From Octopus sinensis (taxonomy: Eukaryota): DNA of 64,000 nt. The position numbers and the translations under genes were made by a program. Location of the stretch: NCBI RefSeq assembly GCF_006345805.1, contig NC_042998.1, positions 168,950,001 through 169,014,000 of the forward strand, in the 5' to 3' direction. Below are positions 10,706-24,815 of this stretch, piece after piece. The notes below the pieces were generated by a model. It worked only from the letters and a program-made list of their open reading frames with translations. It ran no database searches and had not been told where the DNA came from. Numbering within the stretch: the first letter of the stretch is position 1; every line of letters begins with the position of its first letter.

Positions 10706-11135
10706 TGGACAGAAAAGGAACATTTTCGTGAAGACAGGGAAGAATACTTCATTCGAAAATGCCAACCCAAACTGAACAAAAAATAATACCAAAACCACCG
10801 GAACTACCAACGCAACAATTCACATAAATACACCAACCAAACACCGGCTGAATAATGAGAACTACATATGAATGTACACTCTTTTATGTACTATATATAT
10901 CTGTGTATATATGTATGCCATTCTGCTTAAATAATGGAACTGCAGATACAATATCCCTGCATATCTCAAGTCTGTCTTCATTCCTCCACTTCTCTCTCTA
11001 TTTCATATCTTCTCTAGAATAACTATTGCTTAACCTTTTTCGCGCACCGTCTCTGATGAAGGGATATATAAAATATCCCGGAAATAACTGTAAGACCTAT
11101 TTATAAATGTTCTGCAATCTTTCACAGACTCGGAT
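10700..11135 (+). mobile_element. Penelope-like element 3' end (family 2): GIY-YIG tail, 3' UTR and hammerhead
   Basis: LWTEKEHFREDREEYFIRKCQPKLNKK* (E..FI.K..P.LN GIY-YIG ending) followed by a hammerhead motif at 11049-11096. Confidence 0.75.
11049..11096 (+). ncRNA. Minimal type I hammerhead ribozyme, stem III weakened
   Basis: GTCT-CTGATGA-A-GGGATAT[ATAAA]ATATCCC-G-GAAA-TAACTG-TA-AGAC; stem III differs from the CAGCTG palindrome seen in other copies. Confidence 0.75.
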
Positions 11136-11159
11136 TTTTATCTCATTCTGTTAATTTTT

Positions 11160-12065
<906 letters not shown>

Positions 12066-12373
12066 AGTGAACAAACACATTTGATAGGAGTTACACAGAG
12101 GAGTATTTGATGAGATATCCCTAGCATCTGATTACATATTCTACGTGTCCACGAAACTTTAACTTATGGGGAGTTGAATCAAGCTGTTGCTAAAATACAC
12201 ACATACACACTCACACACACAGAGAAATACATACTTATATATGCATGTATGAATTCGATCCAACATTGCTAGAAATAAGCGTCAAAACAACTTTTAGCCA
12301 CAGAAAGCACTTATCTTATGACTGACAAAGGAAGCAAGCTCCTTACAGCATCCGGGACATATATATATATATA

Positions 12374-13280
12374 CTAGCTGACATACCCGGTAATTCCCGA
12401 AAAAGCGGTGCTTATCTCTTGGTTCCATTCTCATAATTGTTTCGCTAATCCAGTAACAACAATACAAAGTATGTAGCCCTTAAAACGATTTTTCTACATT
12501 TATTGAGCATACCGAAATGTCTTACACAGGATCTTGTTTTTAGGAATTGCCAATAAGTTATGAATACCCAAATTGTGAAGTCAGTTATGTAATAACATGA
12601 AATTAATTACCCGATTGTAAGAATCCAAATAATGTAGCGCAGAGTATGTAGAACTTAGGAGGAAATACTAATAAGGTATGTATACTAAAATCGTGAAGCT
12701 TGTTACGTAATAACAGGCTAATCAGATATGAGACAATTCAAAGTCAATAACTCTGAAAAAAGCTTTTGTGCGTTCGCAGAGAATATTACCCTCAGCGGCG
12801 CTAGTGTTGATATATTCGTAAATAAGTCACTAACCGAAATAAGTGGATCTATTGTTTAGGAAAATACTATTTACTTGTTTAAGCGTTGTACAGGATAAAT
12901 TGCGAAAATAACTCAAATAATTCAAATACTAAGAAATAAACATACTCAATTTGATTTATACTAAATAATTTACGAACATGAATGGGTTATTTCCCTTGGT
13001 TATATATAAGGAGCCCTTTCAGGAGCGAATGGGTTATTTCCCTTGGATGTTTAAAAAGAATATATTAGTTATATATAGTAGATATAAGAATACCTTCCAG
13101 GGGCCCTATGATCGATTTTTTTTCAACAATCTATGTATGTCACTAGCTTTCCAGACATGAGTTCTACTCACGTGTCAAGTTTCATCCAAATCGATAAAAC
13201 GATGTGGAGGAGTTTGATAACAACGCCACAAAGAAAGACACCCACAGATTTTCAAATTTGTAGTTTCAATATCTAATATT
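12374..13280 (-). mobile_element. Non-autonomous Helitron
   Basis: Minus-strand 3' end: subterminal CGGGAATTACCGGG hairpin-like motif then CTAG|T at 12374; AAGTTTCATCCAAATCG motif near the other end; internal duplication GAATGGGTTATTTCCCTTGG. The 5' boundary is approximate. Confidence 0.6.
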
Positions 13281-13504
13281 TTCAGGGAATTGATAGGTTT
13301 GTATATGTGTCTGCTGTGATAAACAAGCAAACATTCAAAACATCTAAGGGTATATATTTTGCCCCTCTATAGAGATTATGCTCAGAAATATGAATTTAAT
13401 ATTTAATTAATTTCACTGCGTGTAACTGAAACAGCTGTAAGGGATAATGATCGATTTCGTGCAAATAATAAACTGTTATTAACTTCAAAATTTCCAATTT
13501 CTTC

Positions 13505-13545
<41 letters not shown>

Positions 13546-14362
13546 TCTCTCTCTCTCTCTGTATATATACATGATATATACATATATATATATTGCTTAG
13601 TCATTGCGACACTATTAACCTGGCGTAGAACTCAATATACATATTCTTCCAAATGAAGCGTTAGTGCGGTACAGAACAGTAATAAGAGAAGAGAGATGAC
13701 AAAGGAATAACCGATATCTTATGAACTTCATTAGCTTACGGCTGTTTATACAACAAGACGCGGTGGACTCATAGTTGAGTACCCGAGTAACATCTTACAG
13801 TTAAACCAAAACTTCATACATGAAGCGCAACTTATTTGGGAAATCAGATACATTTAAGTATTCTTACAAGATGGCATTACCATTGAGAAGGTAAATATGT
13901 GTGGGATGAAGTCCTGGGGCTCCTCCCACAATTAGAATAAGATTAATTACAAGATGTGCATAATGATGAGTATATGTAGATGTAAAGAAAGAGTGGATAG
14001 GAATTAATAAATCACAGAATTGCAAATTTCTAAACGACAGCAAAATTCACATTGCTGCTATAAGCAATATATGATAAATGTGTTGAAATAAGAAAACATT
14101 TCTCAAAAAATTTTACATTTTTCTTTTGATTACATATATTACCTCACTTGAGTTGCCATAGTAGCGCACTAGTCTTGGTGATTCAAATGCAAAAAAAAAC
14201 CGGAAAATATAGACCATCTGGGTTTTTTTTTTGTGTGTACCTCAAGACTTCAGATTGTAATTTTACTGAGGCAGTAACAAAAGAGCCTTTGAAGAGGACT
14301 TACGTGTAATATTGCATTTGTGGCACTGGCATATAATTTGTGGTTTTAAAAAAACCAAATGT

Positions 14363-14819
14363 CAACGGTCCGGAACACTTTTGGCCCCACAGACCGGGAA
14401 GTAACTCCCGTAATAAAATACAAAAAGTGCATAACATACGGTTATAAAGATCCTTCCCGAGTTATATAGACTCATAAGGCCAGTTTCCTGGTTTCCGTAG
14501 CGTATATATTCCCCACCTGGACGGTATGCCAGTCTGTCGCAGGATCACACATTTTTGCCAGCACCGTCAAATGAAGTATTTTGCTGAAGAGGACAACACA
14601 TCACCCAATCCATAAATCCAACACCCTAACCACTATGCTACGTTCCTCCAATATACAATGCATATATATTACATATACTTATATAAAGCAACACACCCTG
14701 CAGACTCTGATAGTCAAAATAATAGAACTAATTTTTAAAATTTATTCTTTCTGTGCGGCTCGGTATCCAATGATCCACGGATCTGTACTGATCCGCGGCC
14801 CGGTGCTTTAGAACCCCTG
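14363..14819. mobile_element. hAT (Charlie-like) MITE with a nested SINE at about 14450-14650
   Basis: Ends CAACGGTCC.. and ..GAACCCCTG; flanks CCAAATGT / TCAAACGT match at 6 of 8 positions (degenerate 8-bp TSD). Confidence 0.55.
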
Positions 14820-15007
14820 TCAAACGTTACATATTCAAAATGACCACGAAAAGCATACACTTTTTACTGATTGTTTTTGATGTCTACGTAAACTAATGTT
14901 TACAAAAGAGCTTCGCAAATTTTATTTGAAATGAAGCCTTCCCCACGAATGACTAAAATTTTTAATGAGTTGTTTTGCTCAAAATCAACCCAGAGCAGAC
15001 CTATGAT

Positions 15008-15072
15008 TAACTCTTTAGTATTCATATTACTCTGTCAAATGCAATACATATTTGTTCACATTGTTTTGAATT
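15008..15072 (+). mobile_element. Left end of a TTAA-flanked (piggyBac-like) MITE
   Basis: TTAACTCTTTAGTATTC..., resembling a TTAA|CCCT terminus; truncated by the element at 15073. Confidence 0.35.
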
Positions 15073-15343
15073 GTTTGTGACATATTTTAACTTCTAAAGG
15101 CAAATTCACTGCAGTTACCGTGGAGAAATAATTCTCTCATAGTAAAAGGTGCAAAATACCATATTTTCACAGTGCTTCCTACTATCGGATTCCCAGAGGC
15201 GATTCTGGCTCTTTAGCATTCCTCAATGGTAAATACTCATGAAAGACAATCATAATCCTAGGAAGATTCAAAGCAATAGCTTTTACTAAAAAAAAAACAT
15301 TGACTGTAGTGAATTTGCCTTTAAAAGTTAAAATATCACAAAC
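15073..15343 (-). mobile_element. Hammerhead-family unit A: decayed ribozyme, bounded by ~41-bp inverted repeats
   Basis: 15073-15115 is the reverse complement of 15303-15343; the body is the reverse complement of 15460-15683; decayed hammerhead at 15190-15232. Confidence 0.7.
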
Positions 15344-15459
15344 GTATTTTAACTAACCTAATATTCATTCATCCCTAATCACTGCCTGGCGCTGATGCTA
15401 TTAAACTTATCCTGACCAGGCGATCGAATACTTCAACTCAGTCACTGATGCTGACTGTT

Positions 15460-15683
15460 GTTTTTTTTTTTTAGTGAAAGCTACAGCTTTGAATCTGCCC
15501 AGGGTTATCTCTCTTCGGTTTTTCTCACTGAAGAAGGCTTAACAGCCAGAAACAGCTGTCTGGGAATCCGATAGGAGAAATCATTGGGCAGATATGGTCT
15601 TTTTATACCTTTTGCTATAAGAGGGAACCTTTCGCAACGGTAAATCCAGTGAATTTGCCTTTAGAAGTTAAAGTATGTCAAAC
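15460..15683 (+). mobile_element. Hammerhead-family unit B (Penelope pLTR-like or retrozyme-like)
   Basis: T-run, intact hammerhead, and the same terminal CAGTGAATTTGCCTTTAGAAGTTAAA motif as unit A. Confidence 0.7.
15522..15566 (+). ncRNA. Intact minimal type I hammerhead ribozyme (GUC cleavage triplet)
   Basis: TTCTCA-CTGAAGA-A-GGCT[TAAC]AGCC-A-GAAA-CAGCTG-TC-TGGGAA; stem I pairs 6/6 with one G.U; palindromic stem III. Confidence 0.88.
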
Positions 15684-16286
15684 AATATAGCAAAAATGAC
15701 ACTGAAAAGCTATATAGACGAATGCAATCAACACAACGACGAGCAAAACGACGTGTTTGGGTACAAAAATTGCAGGATAAAAAATATGACATTCTCATCA
15801 GAGGTGAAAGCTGAGTTATCAACTCACGTAAAGACATTAGCCGAGCAGTTGCAGGGACTCGCGTGAAATAAATGCCGTGTGTTGATAGTGAAATATACAT
15901 TAAGAAATAACGTTATGGTCCCTGATTCTTGGCAACAAAACGGATTGACTGGCGAGCATTTTTGGATATCCTTTAAAGAAAGAAACTGTATAGCAATTCA
16001 AACACCAGAGGCTACATCTCTTTCTAGAGCAAGTGCGTTCAATCGCTATAATGTTGGCAAGCTTTACGACAACTTAAAGAGTGTTATGGATCTGCACAAG
16101 TTTGAATACCAAAGTCCTCCTACTTTGCGTTTCTTGAAGTGATGTTGTTCAAAATAAAAGCACAAATCTGTATATATAGTTATGTAAGTGTTTCATTTTA
16201 GCGTACAATCAATTAAAATGCCACTTACACCAAGGCTTCCTATGTCTCAACTCTCCTCCATGCATGTCCCAACTCTCACCACCCAC
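15678..16286 (+). pseudogene. pogo/Tigger-type transposase N-terminal (HTH, CENP-B-like) remnant and probable 3' end
   Basis: ORFs 15675-15866 and 15879-16142 share a frame: FSSEVKAELSTHVKTLAEQLQGLA*NKCRVL...W..NGLTGEHFWISFKERN.IAIQTPEATSLSRASAFNRYNV, including the PEATS..RA..FN motif; CCCAACTCTC repeats near 16245-16286. Confidence 0.75.
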
Positions 16287-16484
16287 TGAGAGGGTTGGGT
16301 CAAATCACAACCCTTTAAAAAGTGTGCTCTCGTTGTTTCAATTTACACCCATTTGAAACTATATCCCTGGCATTTATATGTCACAAGTCTATGAATGTTA
16401 CAAGTTGGTAAAGAATTCTTTCTTTTGCACAGAGAGTCTGTATCATATTGAAATGTAAAATATAACCCAACTCTCCCATGTTTC

Positions 16485-16602
<118 letters not shown>

Positions 16603-17664
16603 TTATATATGGATACATATATCTTTTATGTCTTATTTGTTTCATTCATTTGATTGTGGCCATGCTAGAGCACCGCCTTGTACTTATTCTATCAGTCCGT
16701 CTGAGTGTGCGTGCATGTGTGTGTGTGTGTGTGTGGTGTGTGTGTGTGTGTGGTGTGTGTGTGTACTTCCAATCGTATAATAGTAGCTGGATAGTCTTTA
16801 TTGTTGATGGATTTTTAAAACATAAGCTTTGCTTTTGTTTTCGTATATAAATTACTTGGATAAAATATTTTACAGAATATACAAAGTTCTTTTTGAAACA
16901 CAATGAAAGCGGTTTATAAATATTAAAATCAAGCGATGTTAAAAACCACTCTATTACTTAAAGCAATTACCTTAAATATTTGTTGAAGGAGATCTAACAT
17001 TCTACATGCCACTTCAAACTCAGATATTATGTTATTTATTGCATTTGGAAGTAATAATCGTATATACTATATTTTTAATGGAAAATTATTATCTTCTACA
17101 AAAGTCATTCTGAAAAGTAGATGAGCATTTCTGCATGCGGACGTGATTTAGTATAAGTGCTTAGTGCAAAAATACTAACAGGTTTAAAAAAAAAAAAGAA
17201 GCTAATGTTTGCTTGTATTTTTCCTCATTTTTTCCTGTTCTGCGTTTAAATCGTATAATAATCATTGTCACAATTTGGCCTGCATTATATTAACGATTAT
17301 TAAATTTGCTATGTATAAAAGGAATATGTGAGCATAGGGGAGTTGTTCAGAATAAGTAGAAATGAAGAGAGTGTGAGGAACAGCTGGAGAAAAGAAGATA
17401 AAAACTTTCGAAAGAAAGCTTCTGATAAAGCACCGATGTATTAAGAAGCCACTGTATAACAAAACTAAATAGTAAGATCACACGTCATATCACGTGATGA
17501 ACGGGAAAAGGGAGAAAATATGTTTTTTGTTGTGTTTTTATTCATACGCCATAGTAATAATTTCATTGTTCTATTAGGTACATATCAAAGAAAATAGTGT
17601 TCCTCGATGAATATACATACATACATACAAACATGTGTATGTATATATATATATATATATATAT

Positions 17665-17755
<91 letters not shown>

Positions 17756-18107
17756 CATATATATATATATATTATATATATATAAACCAATGAAAAGCAG
17801 CGCTGGTGTTGTTAACGCTATCCATGATGCATATTCAATGTATGAGTTTTGTTCGCCGGTTCGCTGCCGCATAGCGCTTTGGAGATGACTCTCTCATAGC
17901 ATTGGGTTTTAAAACATTTGAAATTCCTGAAACTCATAGGCAGACATTCAGGTGTTTTAACAGCCAGTGTTATGAAGAAGATGTACCTAAAGCTCTATAT
18001 GTCCCCGGTAAGCCGGCGAACAAGCAATGCACATGCATTGAATATGTGCGGTCTATAAAATATATAAAGAGGCAGACAGACAGAAATGGGATGGAAACGA
18101 TGACGTG

Positions 18108-18174
<67 letters not shown>

Positions 18175-18176
<2 letters not shown>

Positions 18177-18570
18177 CGTAGGCGTCACTGGATGACAAGA
18201 AGCTTGTTTCCCAACCACATGGTTCTGGGTTCAGTCTCACTGCGTGGCACCTAGGGCAAGTGTCTTCTACTATAGCCTCGGGTCGATTAGAGCGTTGTGA
18301 GTGGATTTGGTAGACAGAAACTGAACGATTGTCGTATATAAATGTATATACCTATGTGTGTGTTCCTTAGTGTCTGATTTGACAATCGATGTACTTGTGT
18401 TTACGTCCCCATGACTTAGCGGTTCGGCAGAAGTGTCCGATAGAACAGGTACTAGGCTTAAAAATTAAGACCTGGAGTCTATTTGATTTGTTCGACTAAA
18501 ATTCTTCAAGGTGACGCTCGAGCATGGCTGCAGTCAAATGACTAAAACAAGAAAAAGAATAAAAGAATAT
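18175..18570 (+). mobile_element. SINE family B (CORE-like, with internal microsatellite-prone region), near complete
   Basis: Head AAGAAGCTTG.TTCCCAACCACATGGTTC.GGGTTCAGTC; CC.AGGGCAAGTGTCTT; tail AGCATGGCTGCAGTCAAATGACT. More than ten relatives in the window. Confidence 0.85.
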
Positions 18571-18954
18571 AAGTTCTTTCTCCATCTCGAAACTTGGCAT
18601 TGATTTTCAACTCTGGTTGAGATTATGGAGTGCATGCGATTGAATGTAGAACTAGGTGATATGCAATTTAGGATAAACGCTTAAGCTTATTAAGTGAAGC
18701 CTCCACCAATGGCCACCTCCGTCATGTATAAGGGATTCCCATCACTACACATTCGCGTAACGTAACACCAATCAGCTTCAGCTAATAAAATTGAGCTCAA
18801 AAAGGATGGACAGCATGTTAAAGGACTTCACTGCTCAGAGTGGTGCATTATATGGAGGCTTACACAATAATGGTGCTCCCTTGGAATCTTACAGATTTTT
18901 ACAGCTATATGAACATGCTAGATGATAGTTATGTCAACGCCTCCCTCAGTGTAC

Positions 18955-19036
<82 letters not shown>

Positions 19037-19041
19037 ATGTG

Positions 19042-19233
19042 CGAGGGGCTGATGAAAAGTTCCTGGTTTTAAGGGTTCCGCGAAAGCTTGGTTGGAGGCC
19101 CACCCTTCCGAGTTCTTTTACAGGGCTTAGAAAAACTTAATCTAAGCGGGAAATATGTTGAATAAAACCATAATTAACTGATCGTCCAGTATTTTCTTTA
19201 ACCCAAAGCCAGGAACTTTTCAGCACACCCAAG
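19042..19233 (+). mobile_element. mariner-derived MITE, copy 1
   Basis: TIRs CGAGGGGCTGATGAAAAGTTCCTGG / CCAGGAACTTTTCAGCAC; interior keeps the transposase C-terminus NLSGKYVE*. Confidence 0.8.
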
Positions 19234-19236
19234 TAT

Positions 19237-19322
<86 letters not shown>

Positions 19323-20183
19323 GTGTGTGTAAATGCGTATATCTCTGAGTATGTTGCATATATGAGAATTTAAGAGCTTAAAGATATACGAATTTATTTT
19401 ATGCGCATTCCCAGTATATTATATATTTACATGTTTAAAATATCTAATAGCCTAAAATCTTATGTCGTTATTAAAGTGCATTAGGTCGGTTCTTTTTATA
19501 CGGAAGTCGATTCTATTCAATATCCAGTTTTAATCAAGTCGTTGCAACAAAAAAAAGCATATGATTGTTCGATGTATCTCAGTGCATTTGAAATATCCAG
19601 CCCACGCATCTTCTTGACGCCCTTTTCAAATCCTGGTGTCCTAATGTAATTTTAAAAGCACAACAATGATGAACTAAATGATCACTGCATGTGTGAAAAT
19701 GACTAATACTGCATCATAATTTCAATATATATGTTGAAAAAGAAAACATGTGAATAAAATGTAGTTACCTACTGACTTACAATTTCACATGTCAAAAGAA
19801 ACAGTAAGGGTTAAAAGCTTGAAGGAAGATGTCAGCAATAAAATATAGTTATATTAAGCTGACACGCTTCTATTGAATACCAATGCAAAAGTGTTTTCTT
19901 ATCTTCAAGATGCACTTAATGAAAGCCAAATGGCAGCATGTAACAAAAGAGAATACAGCTTCGAGTAAAAAAAAAGATTAATAAAAAGATAACAATAAAA
20001 TTTCTCCTCGTGATGTTTGATAAAGGGTGAATTTGTTTTAGCTGATAATATGAAGCAATATAAGTTTGTATATGAAAATTCGTGTGGGCTTCTATCTAAC
20101 AATGTGAGAACACCCACTCACAAAAAAAATGTCTACATCTATGAGATGTGTATAAATGAGTGAATCATTTCTTTATATTTATA

Positions 20184-21400
20184 TTGGGGTTGGCAAGAAA
20201 GTAATTTCGGTTTTTTTAATGTGAAATAAAAATCATGTTTTTTCATACAACTATATATTTTCCATTTTGTTCGATGATCTATTTCCATCTTTCTGGCAAC
20301 TTCATGATTCTGCATTCATAGAATTTCTGGTCTTTATTAGTGAAAAACTGAAGCAATTGCGATTTCGGGTCATCATCATTATTGAAGGTTTTACCATTCA
20401 AAGAATTTTGCAAACTTCGAAATAAATAATCTGATGGTGCAAGTTGAACCAAGCTCCAATAATTTTTCACGTGTTAGCAAAGACGTGTGTGGTCTAGTGT
20501 TGTCATCGTGGGACACGATTCCTTTACGATTTGCCAATTCTGGCTGTGTTTCTTTGATTGCTTCCCCCAGTAAACATCTGAATTAATCTTTTGGTTCCTT
20601 GAAAGCAGCTCAAAATATACTACGCCTTTGTAATCTCATCAAATTGACAGCATGACCTTTTTTGATGCAATTCAGCTTTCAATCTGCTTTGCGCTGGTTC
20701 ATTACACTTGAACAATGATCATTTTCGATTGATCTTATTGTAGACAATCCATGTTCCATTACCAGTGACGATTCATTAAAAAAAAGGTCGATTTCATTGC
20801 GTTTGAGATGTATATCGCAAATATTGATTCGTTGTGTTAAGTTAATCTCTTTCAAATTATGCGGAACTCAAATATCGAGCTTCTTAACGAGTCTAAGGCA
20901 TTTTAAGTGATTTTCAATTGTTGCTTGTGATACATTTAACCTCTCTGCAATCTCTCACACGGTAATATGACAATCAAATTCATTTATGGCTTTGATTCGG
21001 TCATCATCAGTTTCAGTAGGTCGACCAGAACGTAGGTCATCTTTGAGTGAAAAATCTCCAGAACGGAATTTTTAAAACCATTTCTGGCATGTGCGTTCTG
21101 TTAAGCAATCAACACCATAAACTTCACATATCTCTTTGTGAGCCTCAGCGGCTTTCTTGCCTTTACGGAAATAAAAAAAAAGCAAAATATGGCGGAAATG
21201 TTTGTTTTTGCACTCCTTGTTAAAATTGACACTGAATTAACAGCTGTGAACAAAATTACTCACAATTTGCTTCTAAAATAAGCTAAAAGTAATGGCTGTC
21301 AAATGTCGAATGAAAAAATCATAACACTGACAAAAGTCATTAAAAATAATCGTAACTCTATCTATTTACGAAAAACGAAATTGCTTTCCTGCCAACCCAA
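20184..21400 (-). mobile_element. Full-length (1217 bp) decayed mariner transposon
   Basis: TA|TTGGGGTTGGCAAGAAAGTAATTTCG...CGAAATTGCTTTCCTGCCAACCCAA|TA; minus strand 20243-21218 encodes KHFRHILLF..FRKGKKAAEAHKEICEVYG...WFKKFRSGDFSL.D..RSGRP...VPH.L...LAPSDYLFRSLQNSL, with stops and frameshifts and the start codon mutated to AAG. Confidence 0.92.
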
Positions 21401-21491
21401 TAGATAATTGCATTTAATGTGAATATACCATGTATTCAAAAGAAAATGAACATAAAATTTACCTCTTCTTGTTAGTGGGGCTAATACATAC

Positions 21492-21557
<66 letters not shown>

Positions 21558-21562
<5 letters not shown>

Positions 21563-22053
21563 ATGCCTCACTTTACGAGACCCCGGCTTTACGAGTTTCT
21601 ACTACCATAGCAAATGTTTCAGCGTGCTACCGTGAAATTTATAGAGAGTGAGAAAAAGCTTCTCCTATGCAGACAACTCTAGACTTGTTTTTTAAAAAGA
21701 AATGTACAAGTCCATCTACGAGTGCTTGTGAATCGGCGTAGGCGTCTATAAACGATGGTGTGTGCGAGTCTAGTGCGAGTGAAAGTGATTCAGAAAACGA
21801 TAATAATAATAATAATAATATTTTTTACTATAAATGATCCTCACATTCTTTTATAAAATATTCTTTACACTCTATTGTTGTTTTATTGCAATTTATTTAC
21901 GAATATTATAAATTCTATAGGTAAAATATTTTTCTGGGAACGAATTACAATTTATAACATTGCTACTATGGGAAATTATTTCTCTATTTTACGAGTTTTC
22001 GCTTTACGAGCGGTCTCCGAAAACAAATTAATTCGTATAACTAGGTATTATTG
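21558..22053 (+). mobile_element. Tigger/pogo non-autonomous derivative
   Basis: Right end TTCGTATAACTAGGTATTATTG|TA; subterminal TTTACGAG repeats at both ends; interior CYREIYRE*..MQTTLDLFFKK resembles a Tigger C-terminus. Confidence 0.7.
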
Positions 22054-24744
22054 TATATGTGTAAAATAATGGGGTTTGAAGAGAGAGTGTTCACGAAAAA
22101 TTGATGGCCGTTTAATACGTAAAGACAAAGATGAAAAAATTAACAATCTACATATTACTTGTGATAACTGCTGAGTATTCCTCATATTACACTCCTTTTC
22201 GTACGGAGAGGATAACGTGTCTTTTCATAAGATAATAGTATGTGATTCATGGGTGATTTAGCTGTAATTTATGTATGTCAAGCATGCAGTAAATCATACA
22301 TGTGGTTAATAAGATCAATAACAGTTATGCTATATAATATGTTAAACAGCGACTTTGATCTTATCCAATGTCAAAGAGCAAAATATTGTAACTGTTCTAG
22401 CTAAGGTTTATGTGTATTTCCTGTATGACAACTTGTTTTATAATGAATTCCTTTTCGCGTGATAAATGGGGTTCTCTCTCTTTAACATCGCCACATATGT
22501 GCACTAAAGGTCATTCACACTCGTTCTTATAACCACGAGTTTATATCGCACGTATTCTACGTCGGCGAAAATTGAAATAAATAACTTAAAATTGAAATAA
22601 ATAGTACGACGTTATTATGTTTAGTGAACACATAAATCTCCCTGAAGTAACTGTTCTCATATGTTATCATCAGCATCTGTTTTCTACTGGTTCTCTACTG
22701 GTTTGAGTCGTAGATTAATCCGTGGCTACTTGGACTTTGAGTATCTTTAGCGAAGTCAGCTCTGATATAAACACTTGGGAAAGAGATTTGTCGGAGGATA
22801 ATTTCCTCTCTTAGTTCCACTAGCTTCGAAAATTCTGAAAAGGGCCATGTTTTTTGTCCTTTCTTCTTTCACCAAGCCAGTTGTTAAGGTATTCCAGCAA
22901 CACAATTTGCACAGTTGCAATATATTTCGTGATTATGTAAAAAAAAGGGGGTACATAAAGTTAATGAAATCCAACTGTTAGTCGAAACAACTAGCTTCTC
23001 CGAATTTTCACGTTTCCTCTGTTCTTCTAGCAGCAATCCATCTCTTTGCTGTGTTTATTATATCAATGTGTCATCATCAGCATCATCAGCATCATCATTA
23101 TTGACATCTCTCATTGTCAAGATTTGATGCCATTCAATTTATCCATGTATTTTGGGATGGCTTTATCAATCTATTTTTGATTAAATAGAACCCTGGAGAC
23201 GATAAAATAGGAATTGGAACACAGTTGATTCTAAATTGGTCTAAGATTCCGTCTTATTAGCCTCTTCCTCTCCGTCACCGTCTGACAACTTCCTGTTCGT
23301 GATTATTTTAATTAAGTCGTGTCCAACGTCTTACATTCTCTCACAAATCGAATTATCAAGTGCATCAACCGTTTACGAGGAAGCGTTTAAATCAAAATTT
23401 TTAATGGTTAATACAGTTGATTCTTGTATTGCCATTTCGGAGCTTAACCTGGATATGTCCCTTCTTTGCAATTTTTCATATATAAGCATATTTGGCAATC
23501 AATGATCCAACATTCTGTGAACTGGCCAAACCATCGCAACAGATGATATACCACATCATACTCAATATTGTTGAGTTTGGTCCGATCAAAATTTCGTTAT
23601 TTGCAGCATGGTCTTACAGAGATATACACAAAATGGTTTACAGTTTTCTCTAATTGAAGCATTGCAACCTTTGTCAGGTTTCACATCCCCACAAAAGAAA
23701 GCAACTGCTTTGTAAAGCGTCTACTTAGTGTATGTCTTGATTGCGTTGCGAGATATGACACCTTTATACACTGTCACGGGTAGTATGCGCAAGACCAATA
23801 TGATTTGAAATTTTATCGTATATAGTAGTATCCTTTTTGTCAATACTACTATATCCGATGAAATGACTAACTTGAAATAAATATCAGAAATGAATAGCTT
23901 GTTCATGGGATGGTCGTGAATTAGAGTTTGAGCAGGAGGGTGATTTTATTCCAGTTGTAGATTATGCCAAGACCTTGGATATTAACTTCTAGACCAAAAC
24001 GCCCATCGACATTAAAAAATAAACGTAAAGTACTCTCTAAAATCAACATATTGAAACTCGGAAGTAGTATAGACTTCCAGTTATTTTGGGTCAGCGAAGT
24101 TTGGAAATATTCGCATCATAACGATGTGTAGAAGTATACATAAAACAAGATGGTATCAAAAACAAACCCTGTTTATCACCCTTTCATGGAAAAGAATTGA
24201 GGAATGTTTCACTGTAAAATATCTGCCTGGATAATCTCTACGAAATGATTTAACAAAAACTTAAGGAGAGAGACTACTCTGCAAAGCGTTTGAGAACCTT
24301 CCACTTAATGTCACGTGAAGGTTAAAGATAATGGAAAATTGCTCTGAATTTGATTCCTTTACCTATTTTAACTACTAGTACATTATATGAAGAGTTCGAC
24401 GATCAAGTTTTGAATAACCTTTCCAGAAATGTTCCATCTGCAATGGGATTCATTCTATCAAGAAGAAATTTTGCGAGAATTTTCCAGAGAGAATATTGAA
24501 ACCGTGTTAGGTTTCATACAGTGACTGTTCTTCCTTTTTAAATATCGCTTCAGTTATACCACTGTTCATATCTACAATTATTCTATTTTGTTCCAAGATA
24601 AAGAAGTGCCTCGTCTACCAATGTAATATCCTCCATGATCTCATGTGCACCTGATGTAGCAGAGTGTGTAGGTCGGCCAGTGGACTCATTCTGCACTGTA
24701 AGTCCCAACATCCAGATAATCGGGCTGCTGTTGGAAGGCTGACT

Positions 24745-24815
24745 TGAGGCCAGGATGGAATGACTTGTAAGTCCCTTGCAGGCCTTAAAAGCCATATGAG
24801 ACGTCATCAACAATG
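24745..24815 (+). pseudogene. C2H2-like zinc-finger remnant, probably from a LINE (RTE-type) C-terminus
   Basis: GMTCKSLAGLKSHMRRH; a similar motif occurs at 49390-49560. Confidence 0.4.

Noticed and set aside
13801-13890. 90-bp AG/GT-bounded candidate exon reading LNQNFIHEAQLIWEIRYI*VFLQDGITIEK, faintly like a kinase alphaC region
   Set aside because: All three frames contain stops, and the similarity is too short to trust.
19047-19095. CTGATGA...GAAA as a hammerhead
   Set aside because: It is part of a mariner TIR; no stem I or stem III pairing and no UH site.
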